The notes beneath the pieces were generated by a model. The model had not been told where the DNA came from. It made no database searches and saw nothing but the letters and a program-made list of their open reading frames with translations. Position numbers and translations under genes: made by a program. 64,000 nucleotides of DNA from the NCBI GenBank assembly GCA_937911295.1, contig CALDQE010000074.1:46959-110958 (forward strand). The letters run 5' to 3'. This document shows, one piece after another, positions 10,159 through 18,320 of the stretch; the first letter of the stretch is position 1; each line of letters opens with the position of its first letter. The stretch is from an uncultured Verrucomicrobiota bacterium (GTDB lineage Bacteria; Verrucomicrobiota; Kiritimatiellia; RFP12; UBA3636).

Positions 10159-10953
10159 TTATGCAAGAGCATTTACATGTGGGGCAATGTCATGCACCCG
10201 AAAATATGTTGCTCCTAATTCATATGCTCTTTGAGCAAACATCACACTAGCCTTAACCACATCCTCTTCGCCCATTGCCTCACATACAAAATGCTTTCGT
10301 GAGGCCCCCACCAAAATAGGGATATCTCTAAAATTTTCACGAATTTGTGGCAGAGTATTCAAAAGCCATAAATTAGCCAACCCTCGCTTTGAAAAACCAA
10401 ATCCTGGGTCTATTATCAATTGCGAAGGAGAAACACCGGCAGCTAAAACATGGTCAATCCCACTAGAAAGCTCTGCCATAAATTGCGCTGCGAATTGCTT
10501 CTCTCCATTGGGATATAATCCTCGAGAATCAGCAAAAGCCGCAACCTGAGAATGGTTCGCAAATCCATGCATATAGACATATTTACAGCGAGACGCTGCC
10601 ACAACCTGTCCCATTCTCTTATCTGCCATACCAGAAACATCATTGATTATTTCTGCACCACAAGAAAGAGCTTCCTCAGCGACCTCTGACTTCATTGTAT
10701 CTACAGAGACAATTGCTTCTGGCTTTGCTAATTTAATCCCATTAATTACTGGGATTACCCTTCTTTTCTCCTCTTCAATAGAAACAGGAGTATAACCAGG
10801 ACGAGTAGACTCTCCTCCGACATCAACAATATCTGCCCCATCGTTAAGCATTTGTATCGCTTGCTTAACAGCACCTTGCACATCATCATAGCAATGCACC
10901 GCAAATGAATCTGGTGTGGTATTAACAATACCCATTAGCGATAAATTTTTCAT
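10159..10953 (-). CDS. folP: Dihydropteroate synthase
   Basis: It carries the GIVNTTPDSF pterin-binding signature and DVGGESTRPG, and the 264-aa length fits. Confidence 0.85.
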   Translation of the reverse strand: MKNLSLMGIVNTTPDSFAVHCYDDVQGAVKQAIQMLNDGADIVDVGGESTRPGYTPVSIEEEKRRVIPVINGIKLAKPEAIVSVDTMKSEVAEEALSCGAEIINDVSGMADKRMGQVVAASRCKYVYMHGFANHSQVAAFADSRGLYPNGEKQFAAQFMAELSSGIDHVLAAGVSPSQLIIDPGFGFSKRGLANLWLLNTLPQIRENFRDIPILVGASRKHFVCEAMGEEDVVKASVMFAQRAYELGATYFRVHDIAPHVNALA

Positions 10954-10983
10954 GCTCGCATATGCTCCTGGTAAAAAAAGAAA

Positions 10984-11016
10984 ACCCCGAGCTTACTAGA
11001 GTAAGACCTCGGGGTA
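10984..11016 (-). terminator. Rho-independent terminator immediately downstream of tRNA-Asn on the minus strand
   Basis: Read on the minus strand, it is the hairpin ACCCCGAGgtcttactctagtaagCTCGGGGT followed by TTTCTTTTTTT. Confidence 0.65.
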
Positions 11017-11019
11017 AAA

Positions 11020-11094
11020 TGGCTCCGGTGGCTGGATTCGAACCGGCGACCAAAGGATTAACAGTCCTCTGCGCTACCGCTGCGCTACACCGGA
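11020..11094 (-). tRNA. tRNA-Asn (anticodon GUU)
   Basis: The minus-strand cloverleaf has a 7-bp acceptor stem (UCCGGUG/CACCGGA), a D-arm (GCGC/GCGC), an anticodon stem-loop CUGUUAA giving GUU, and a T-loop TTCGAAT. The discriminator is G and CCA is encoded. By my hand fold there is one C-A mismatch in the T-stem. A plus-strand ORF (10962..11213) overlaps it and is spurious. Confidence 0.85.
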
Positions 11095-11384
11095 ATAATG
11101 TAGCCAGTCTGCTCTTTCACAAACTGAATGCGGATAATTTATCACAATCTGTGTGGCATTGTCAACCACTTTTTTGTTTTTTTGAAAAAAAATTAAAATT
11201 TAAAAAAAACTAGACCTTCAACTCATTAACAAAATTATTATTATACCACTTAGTTTTCTTACAAATTATGCACAAAATTTAACTACCAGTAAGCAAACTT
11301 TGTTGCTTAATATAATGAATTTATGATAATATATACTTATATTATTTTGTTCATTTAATTTTGTTTAAAAAGTCGTAAATAAAA

Positions 11385-12764
11385 ATGAAATATACAAGTA
11401 CTCGCGGTGGTACCGCTCCCATATCATTTTCCGAAGCAGTAATGACTGGCCTTGCTCGCGATGGAGGTCTTATGCTTCCAGAAAGTTTTCCAAACATCAA
11501 AGATAAGCTAACGGCTTGGTCAGATCTTTCATATACAGAGCTTGCTTATGAAATTATGAAGCTATATGCTGACGATTTGACAGAGCAAGAGCTTCGTTCA
11601 GTCATTGAAAAAAGCTATGCGACCTTCCGTCATCCTGAAATCACCCCAACGAAAAAGGTTGGCTCAGTTTATATTCTAGAGTTATTTCATGGACCAACCT
11701 TTGCTTTTAAGGATGTGGCACTACAATTTTTGGGAAACATGTTTGAGTTAATCCTGAATAAGACTGGTGCAAATCTAAACATTATTGCAGCAACCTCAGG
11801 TGATACAGGATCTGCAGCAATTCACGGGGTTCGTGGTCGCAAAGGAATTAACATTTTTGTAATGCATCCTAATGGTCGAGTAAGTGCTGTTCAAGAGCTA
11901 CAAATGACTTCTGTAACAGATTCAAATGTTTACAACATTGCTATTGATGGCACCTTTGACGATGCTCAAGCAATAGTTAAATCCCTATTCGGTGATTTAA
12001 GCTTCAAGGACAAGTACCATCTGGGTGCAGTAAATTCAATAAACTGGGCTCGTGTGCTTGCTCAGGTAGTTTACTACTTCTATTCTGGCTTAAAAATAAT
12101 GAAGGAAACAGGGTCAGAAAAAATTTCATTCAGTGTCCCTACTGGTAATTTTGGAGATATCTTTGCTGGTTATGTAGCTTATCTAATGGGGCTACCAATT
12201 GACAAGTTAATTCTTGCAACAAACGAGAATGACATTCTATCTCGCTTCTTTAACACCGGCGTTTATAATGTTGAGGGAGTACACCCAACTATTAGCCCAT
12301 CAATGGACATCCAGGTGGCATCAAATTTTGAGCGCTGGCTATATTTACATGCAAACCGAGATTCAAAACAGCTCTGCGATTGGATGCAGCAATTTAAGGA
12401 AACAAAAACCTTAACTATTGGCAATCCAGATGAGCTTGACGAGATTATGATTGCTGGCAAGGCAGACACGGCAAAAACTCTCGCTACTATTAAGCGCTTC
12501 TACGAGGAAGACAATTATGTCCTTGACCCACATACTGCTGTTGGTGTAAGCGTAGCGCTTGAGAAAGCACCTGCTTCACCTGTTATCTGCTTAGCAACAG
12601 CACATCCAGCAAAATTCCCAGATGCTATTAAGGAAGCAACCGGCAAGTCTAACCTTGCAACTGCTCCAGAAATTGAAGCTCTAAAGGGTAAGCCAACCCG
12701 CAAGTTTGAGCTCCCAGCAGACTCTGGTGCTGTTGCTGCTTTCGTAATTGAAAAGCTTCAGTAA
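11385..12764 (+). CDS. thrC: Threonine synthase
   Basis: The N-terminus MKYTSTRGG and the PLP-lysine motif FHGPTFAFKD are present, and the 459-aa length fits. Confidence 0.9.
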   Translation: MKYTSTRGGTAPISFSEAVMTGLARDGGLMLPESFPNIKDKLTAWSDLSYTELAYEIMKLYADDLTEQELRSVIEKSYATFRHPEITPTKKVGSVYILELFHGPTFAFKDVALQFLGNMFELILNKTGANLNIIAATSGDTGSAAIHGVRGRKGINIFVMHPNGRVSAVQELQMTSVTDSNVYNIAIDGTFDDAQAIVKSLFGDLSFKDKYHLGAVNSINWARVLAQVVYYFYSGLKIMKETGSEKISFSVPTGNFGDIFAGYVAYLMGLPIDKLILATNENDILSRFFNTGVYNVEGVHPTISPSMDIQVASNFERWLYLHANRDSKQLCDWMQQFKETKTLTIGNPDELDEIMIAGKADTAKTLATIKRFYEEDNYVLDPHTAVGVSVALEKAPASPVICLATAHPAKFPDAIKEATGKSNLATAPEIEALKGKPTRKFELPADSGAVAAFVIEKLQ

Positions 12765-12817
12765 AGCCACTCTCCGCTTGAACAAAGATCTGATTCACCC
12801 CACAAAGGAATAATTGT

Positions 12818-14530
12818 ATGCGACAGATAGACGAGGAAATCATCAGTTACATCCGCGAAACAAAGCTTTTTAACGATGTTGAACTTGATCGCTTAAGAGC
12901 AGAGGATGTTACCGACGACACTAATATCACTGCAGCAATTGTTCGCATGGGACTTGCGACTGAAGAGGATTATCTAAAGAAACTCGCAGAGGTTCTTGGG
13001 CTTGATTATATCGATGTCTCAGAAATCAAAGAAATTGACCCAAACATTGTAAATACAATCCAGCCTGGCACAGCATTCCAATACAATACTGTTCCGGTTG
13101 CATTTGATGGGAACATACTAACTGTTGCAACCTCAGATCCGTTCTCTGCAACAGAATTAGAGGACTGCCTACGAATTGCGACTGGACACAATATCAACAC
13201 AGTGCTTTGTGTTTCAGAAAAAATCACAAAGCAATCCCAGCGCTACTATGGTGTTGGTGGTGACACGCTTGCAAAAATGATTGAGGATGGTCGCTACGAT
13301 GCTGACACTATTGATACAATGGGTAGGCACGACCTCAATACAATTGACTCTGAGGAGGCAAGCATTGTTAAGTTTGTAAATCAAGTCATAAGTGAGGCAG
13401 ATCGACAGGGAGCAACCGATATTCATGTTGAGCCGATGGAGCATGAGCTACGTATCCGCTACCGTATTGATGGTATGCTACACAAGATAGATGTTGCACC
13501 TCAGCTCCATAAGCTTCAATCAGCAATTATATCACGCATCAAGGTTATGGCTAACCTAGATATCGCAGAGAAGCGCTTGCCAATGGATGGACGTATTGGT
13601 ATACATGTTAATCGTAAGGATATTGACATTCGTGTATCTACCTGCCCTACAATTTATGGTGAAAGCATAAGCTTGCGTTTGCTACAAAAAGGTGGTGGTG
13701 TTGTTCGCATGGAGCAGCTTGGGCTTAATGAGCGAGATGCAGATGTTATTACTCGTGCAATTCATCGTCCTAACGGCATTGTGCTTGTTACTGGTCCTAC
13801 TGGCTCTGGTAAATCAACCTCTCTCTATGCTTTTCTACACGAAATCAACACTGTAGACAAGCGTATTCTAACTGCGGAAGAGCCTGTGGAATATGAGATG
13901 CCTGGCATCAATCAGGTGCTTGTTAAGCCAGACATTGGTCTAACCTTTGCAAATGTGCTGCGGTCCTTCTTGCGTCAAGACCCAGACATTATGATGGTGG
14001 GAGAAATTCGTGATAGAGAGACCGCTGAAATCGCTATTAACGCATCTCTTACTGGTCACTTAGTATTCTCTACCCTTCACACAAATGATGCTGCCGGTGC
14101 TTTTGCTCGACTCATTGATATGAATGTGGAGCCATTCCTTGTAGCTTCCTCTGTTGCTGCCGTGCTTGCACAGAGACTACTAAGAAGATTATGCCCCGTT
14201 TGTAAAACACCAACAGAAGCAGACCCACAGCTGCTACGTGCGATGCACTTAAACCCAGAACTATTTAATGGGAAGACTATTCATCGTGTGGCAGGGTGTC
14301 CGCAATGTGGTAAATCAGGCTATAAAGGACGTGGTGCAATCTTTGAGGTACTAAATGTCACAGACTCTCTTCGTCAACTAATCACTGAGCACCGCCCTTC
14401 TTCTATCATTAAAGCCAAAGCTATTGAGGAAGGAATGACAACTCTTCGTGACGATGGCTGGAATAAGGTTTTCTCTGGCTTTACAACCATAGAAGAGGTT
14501 CTTCGTGTAACAGAAGATCAAGAAGCATAG
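12818..14530 (+). CDS. Second GspE/PilB-family secretion ATPase paralog with an N-terminal GspE_N/MshEN-like domain
   Basis: It has Walker A TGPTGSGKSTSL and a C-terminal CPVC...CPQC zinc motif. Its core aligns with the gspE at 3568..5175, but the N-terminal domain is divergent. Confidence 0.85.
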   Translation: MRQIDEEIISYIRETKLFNDVELDRLRAEDVTDDTNITAAIVRMGLATEEDYLKKLAEVLGLDYIDVSEIKEIDPNIVNTIQPGTAFQYNTVPVAFDGNILTVATSDPFSATELEDCLRIATGHNINTVLCVSEKITKQSQRYYGVGGDTLAKMIEDGRYDADTIDTMGRHDLNTIDSEEASIVKFVNQVISEADRQGATDIHVEPMEHELRIRYRIDGMLHKIDVAPQLHKLQSAIISRIKVMANLDIAEKRLPMDGRIGIHVNRKDIDIRVSTCPTIYGESISLRLLQKGGGVVRMEQLGLNERDADVITRAIHRPNGIVLVTGPTGSGKSTSLYAFLHEINTVDKRILTAEEPVEYEMPGINQVLVKPDIGLTFANVLRSFLRQDPDIMMVGEIRDRETAEIAINASLTGHLVFSTLHTNDAAGAFARLIDMNVEPFLVASSVAAVLAQRLLRRLCPVCKTPTEADPQLLRAMHLNPELFNGKTIHRVAGCPQCGKSGYKGRGAIFEVLNVTDSLRQLITEHRPSSIIKAKAIEEGMTTLRDDGWNKVFSGFTTIEEVLRVTEDQEA

Positions 14531-14596
14531 TTACGACACGATTTTTTGAAAAATTTTTCTATTTTATTTTTAGCCAATTAAGGAGCATAGACAGAT

Positions 14597-15064
14597 ATGG
14601 ATAATTGTATTTTTTGCAAGATCATTAACGGCACCATCCCATCAACTAAGGTTTATGAGAGCGACCGCGTTATTGCATTTTTAGACATCAATCCCATAGA
14701 AAAAGGACATCTACTTGTAGTACCTAAATTGCATTGGAAAAACCTTGCAGAGGTAAAAATTGACACTGAGAAAGAAATTGAAGTATATGAGGAGCTAATG
14801 TATATTGTTCGCGTAGCTGCTCGTGCAGTAATTTCTACAGGCTTTGCTGATGGAGCAAATATTTTACAATGCAACAATGCTTGTGCAGGACAAACCGTTG
14901 ACCACCTACACTTCCATGTTATCCCTCGCTATGGCTCTGAGCTAACTGCTACTCCTGCTTTTGTTTCTGGTGCAGCTAAATATGAAGAGGGAGAAGCTCA
15001 ATCTATCGCAGAGAAGCTATCTAATGCTATAACTCAAATCATAAAAGACGAGGATTTGCTCTAA
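14597..15064 (+). CDS. HIT-family (histidine triad) nucleotide hydrolase
   Basis: It has the HLHFHVIPR histidine-triad motif and AAGGAG 12 nt upstream of the ATG. Confidence 0.85.
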   Translation: MDNCIFCKIINGTIPSTKVYESDRVIAFLDINPIEKGHLLVVPKLHWKNLAEVKIDTEKEIEVYEELMYIVRVAARAVISTGFADGANILQCNNACAGQTVDHLHFHVIPRYGSELTATPAFVSGAAKYEEGEAQSIAEKLSNAITQIIKDEDLL

Positions 15065-15510
15065 TGAACGACCAAAGCTTTGATGAAGCAATTTATAGAA
15101 TAACAAAGAAGGGTGCAAACAAGCATATCAACCCACTTGCCTTCTATTTTTTACGTGATGCCCTAGACTCTGCCACATTAAAATATAAAAAGGATAGCGA
15201 TAATCGCCATTTCACTGGGCAAGAGCTTTCTGACGCTATTGCGGAATATGCAATTGACTCTTATGGTCACATGGCATATCACGTCCTTTTACGCTGGGGG
15301 ATAACAAAAACAGATGATTTCGGCATTATTGTCTACGCACTAATAAACGAAGGCGTTTTTGGCAAATCCGCTGACGATAAGCAAAGCGACTTTGAGAACG
15401 TTTTTGACCTAAAAGAACGGTTATATTCACCTATGTTCAAAAAAAGTGAGCTTTTGCTACAAAACCAATCTAAACAAAATTCTTCAAAAACTAAAACACG
15501 GAAAAAATAA
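15064..15510 (+). CDS. Conserved hypothetical protein, possibly of the PVC-clade Minf_1886-like family
   Basis: Its start overlaps the HIT stop. The 148-aa sequence is soluble with a basic C-terminal tail. The family assignment is from memory only. Confidence 0.45.
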   Translation: MNDQSFDEAIYRITKKGANKHINPLAFYFLRDALDSATLKYKKDSDNRHFTGQELSDAIAEYAIDSYGHMAYHVLLRWGITKTDDFGIIVYALINEGVFGKSADDKQSDFENVFDLKERLYSPMFKKSELLLQNQSKQNSSKTKTRKK

Positions 15511-15512
15511 TT

Positions 15513-16325
15513 ATGACACAAAAAACACAAATCCTATCCTTTGTTGCATGCTTACTAGCTTCTGCAACAATCTCTATGGCAAATGAAGCAGCTGCTGCAT
15601 CTAGCAGTGTTGCTGCTCTTATGGGCGATCAATCTGCATTAAGCGAAACCAAAAATTGGGAAACAAAAATTAGTATTGGATATGAGCTTAATGATGGCAA
15701 TACAGAAAGCGAAAGCGTTTCTGGTGCAATCTCTACAGAAAAAAATATCGGCATTTGGAGACTTGATGCTAAGGCTGAAGGTGCATACAAAGAAACAACA
15801 AATACAGACACCGATGGCAAAAAGGTTGACGAGCAGACAGAGGGCAATGCAAAATTAAAGGCTGACCTCAAGCGTCTTTTCGGAGCCTTCTTTATTTATG
15901 CTGGAGAAGAGGTTTCTCACGATGCAATCGCTGAAGTCAAATATAGAAGCATCACTAGCCTAGGTATCGGTGCTTTCATTTGGGATGAGCCAGAATTCCG
16001 CTTCCCTATCTCTCTTGGCTTAGCTTATGTTACTGAAGAAGCTCCTGAGAAAGATGACTATCTTGCTCTACGCATGACCGAAGAGACAACATGGCAGGTT
16101 AATGCAAATCTTAAGCTATGGCAGAAGTTCGAGTTTATTCCTGAATTCAGTGATTTTGAGAATATCCTTATCACAGGCGAAATTGGTGGAGAGACAAAGC
16201 TAACAGAAACCTTGTCTTTAACAGTCAAATATGTACTTGAGTACGATGCAGAGGCAGATAAAGATGACCCAACAATTGAGACAACTGACTCTAAGTTCAT
16301 CACACAAATTACATATACTTTCTAA
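15513..16325 (+). CDS. Secreted outer-membrane beta-barrel protein, DUF481/YdiY-like
   Basis: It has a signal peptide (LSFVACLLASATISMA), alternating beta-strand patterns, and a C-terminal ...ITYTF aromatic terminus. Confidence 0.55.
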   Translation: MTQKTQILSFVACLLASATISMANEAAAASSSVAALMGDQSALSETKNWETKISIGYELNDGNTESESVSGAISTEKNIGIWRLDAKAEGAYKETTNTDTDGKKVDEQTEGNAKLKADLKRLFGAFFIYAGEEVSHDAIAEVKYRSITSLGIGAFIWDEPEFRFPISLGLAYVTEEAPEKDDYLALRMTEETTWQVNANLKLWQKFEFIPEFSDFENILITGEIGGETKLTETLSLTVKYVLEYDAEADKDDPTIETTDSKFITQITYTF

Positions 16326-16349
16326 CATAAATACTTACACAATGTAAAA

Positions 16350-16395
16350 CAAAAAGGCTATCACTAACCATTGTGCTTGTGATAGCCTTTTTTCT
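16350..16395. terminator. Bidirectional terminator between convergent genes
   Basis: It is the hairpin GGCTATCAC taaccattgtgcttg GTGATAGCC followed by TTTTTTC. Confidence 0.65.
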
Positions 16396-16440
16396 TGTGC
16401 GGGCTTGAAGCTCCGTAGAGCTTGAGATAAATCAATTGTC

Positions 16441-17367
16441 CTAAAAAATAAACTTAATTCGTTTATCTGCCAGCTTCTTATTCAGTTCCAGCTTCTTATC
16501 ATTCTCCAACAAGCAATTATCCATAACAAGCGTCTTTAAATTAGGCATATCAATTACCTTTTCTGGGATAGCTTTTATTGGATTCCCATATAAATCAATT
16601 CTTTGAAGGTTGGGCATTTCGCATAACCATTCAGGAAACTCAGTAATCTTATTTCCTCCTAGATTTAACTCTTCAAGGCTTGTCATCTGCTTAATAACCT
16701 CAGGCACCTCCGTTAACTCATTTTTACTTAGATATAATCGCTTTATATTCTTTAATTCGCCCATATCCTTTGGAAGCCCAGTAATATTATTATCATTCAG
16801 TCTAAGCCATTTCAAAGATTTTAATCCAGAAATTCCTTCTGGGATATTTGTAATGCTATTTCTATCTAGATTTAGATATGTAAGCTTATCTAGTGAATAA
16901 ACAGCTGGGTCAATCTCTCTTAAAGAGTTATCTGAGAGATAAAGAGTTGTCAACCCTGCCACATCCAATAGCTCAGCGGGGAAAACCTCTAGCCCACAGT
17001 CAGCTAAATCCACATAAAAAAGAGTTTTTCCAATATGCTTTAGGATGACAAAATCTGTTTCACCCAAATCATGACCTCTAAGTGAAAGCTTCTTCACTTG
17101 AGGATATTCGGCACAAATCAAATTTGCTATTGACGGTTTTTCCCCACCATTTATTGAACTTAAATTTATAAATTCAACAAGCTCTGCCTGCTCAATTGCC
17201 GATTTTTCTGTTATTGCCGTCACCATCTTTTCGGGAGCAGATTGCTGGAATGAGCACCCTACAAAAGCAAAAATCGACATAAAAACAACTGTTTTTGCAT
17301 TTTTTTTCATTTTTAAGGCTATTCTATTCATAAAAAAACTTGAGAAAATTTCAAAAAAAGGTATCAT
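16441..17367 (-). CDS. Leucine-rich-repeat lipoprotein, with true start possibly at the internal MKKNAK (17310)
   Basis: The signal peptide with lipobox (FAFVGC) is followed by at least 8 tandem LRRs (LxxLxLxxNxIxxIP). Confidence 0.8.
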   Translation of the reverse strand: MIPFFEIFSSFFMNRIALKMKKNAKTVVFMSIFAFVGCSFQQSAPEKMVTAITEKSAIEQAELVEFINLSSINGGEKPSIANLICAEYPQVKKLSLRGHDLGETDFVILKHIGKTLFYVDLADCGLEVFPAELLDVAGLTTLYLSDNSLREIDPAVYSLDKLTYLNLDRNSITNIPEGISGLKSLKWLRLNDNNITGLPKDMGELKNIKRLYLSKNELTEVPEVIKQMTSLEELNLGGNKITEFPEWLCEMPNLQRIDLYGNPIKAIPEKVIDMPNLKTLVMDNCLLENDKKLELNKKLADKRIKFIF

Positions 17368-17456
17368 AATAGTTAATCCTTAAGGATAATTAGGCTTATT
17401 TAAGTCGACATTATACCCAAAATATGAGTTTTTATCAACTATCAAGGAAAATAAAT

Positions 17457-18194
17457 ATGAAAATCACATCTAAATTTCTAGCCGTTCTTGCTATTTCTGC
17501 AGCATTTACTTCTGCATTAACCGCTGGTATAACAGTATCGCGCGATTCAGACATAAAAGACTTTGCCATCAATTCAGTTGATGGTAGCAGCTTCCATTTT
17601 GGGGTGCATGCTGAAGGTGGTACTCGAGCAATGGAATACAATGGCACAGAAATGGATGTTGATGTTTCTCGCTATGTTGCTTTCTTAGGTTATGACATTA
17701 GTCGTTCAATGACTCTTTTTGTAACAATGGGTACAATGGTATCAGAATCGGACTCTGACGCAATTTTTGCATTAAACACAGAGGATAATAACTCATTCAC
17801 AGCTGGTGCTGGTCTTATGGTAAATCTAATTGATTCTGACCAATTTGATTTTCTAACAACAATTTCTCGCTATCGCCTACAAGCAGATGCTGAGGTATAT
17901 TATGCAGACTTTGAGGATTATAGCTGGGTAGAATTTGATGCTGCATTAACATTCCAGCTACACAACGAGGATGCTATCAACAATACACAGATACTACCAG
18001 ACCAATATGCTCTATTTGCAGGTCCTTGCGTATCTGTAGTAAGCTCTGATGAGCTTGATCAAGGAAGTGGCAATGTTTTTGGTATCAAGGGTGGCATCTC
18101 TCTAATATTCACAAGCAACACATATCTAACAGGTGGCTTTGAGTACTATGGAGATAGCTCTCTATACTACGGTACAATCGGTGTACGCTTCTAA
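17457..18194 (+). CDS. Secreted putative outer-membrane beta-barrel protein; start adjusted to the MKITSKF Met, which has AAGGA upstream
   Basis: It has a signal peptide, amphipathic beta strands, and a C-terminal ...GVRF terminal Phe. Confidence 0.55.
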   Translation: MKITSKFLAVLAISAAFTSALTAGITVSRDSDIKDFAINSVDGSSFHFGVHAEGGTRAMEYNGTEMDVDVSRYVAFLGYDISRSMTLFVTMGTMVSESDSDAIFALNTEDNNSFTAGAGLMVNLIDSDQFDFLTTISRYRLQADAEVYYADFEDYSWVEFDAALTFQLHNEDAINNTQILPDQYALFAGPCVSVVSSDELDQGSGNVFGIKGGISLIFTSNTYLTGGFEYYGDSSLYYGTIGVRF

Positions 18195-18237
18195 TTCACC
18201 CAAAAAAGAATTAGAATAACCACAATTTAATTATTTA

Positions 18238-18278
18238 TCGAGCGACAATATTTTGGTATATTTGTCGCTCGTTTCATA
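18238..18278 (+). terminator. Rho-independent terminator after the OMP gene
   Basis: It is the hairpin CGAGCGACAAATA ttttggta TATTTGTCGCTCG followed by TTTCAT. Confidence 0.55.
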
Positions 18279-18320
18279 TAAAAAAGCAATTTAACAAAAC
18301 TTATTTTAAAAGGCAAAGCA

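Noticed and set aside
10984-11094. tRNA-Asn as an integration hotspot for a genomic island or prophage
   Set aside because: No integrase, direct repeat of the tRNA 3' end, or phage-like genes flank it. The neighbours are folP and thrC.
10962-11213. 83-aa plus-strand ORF
   Set aside because: It entirely overlaps the minus-strand tRNA-Asn and its terminator. It has no RBS and is a translation artefact of the tRNA sequence.
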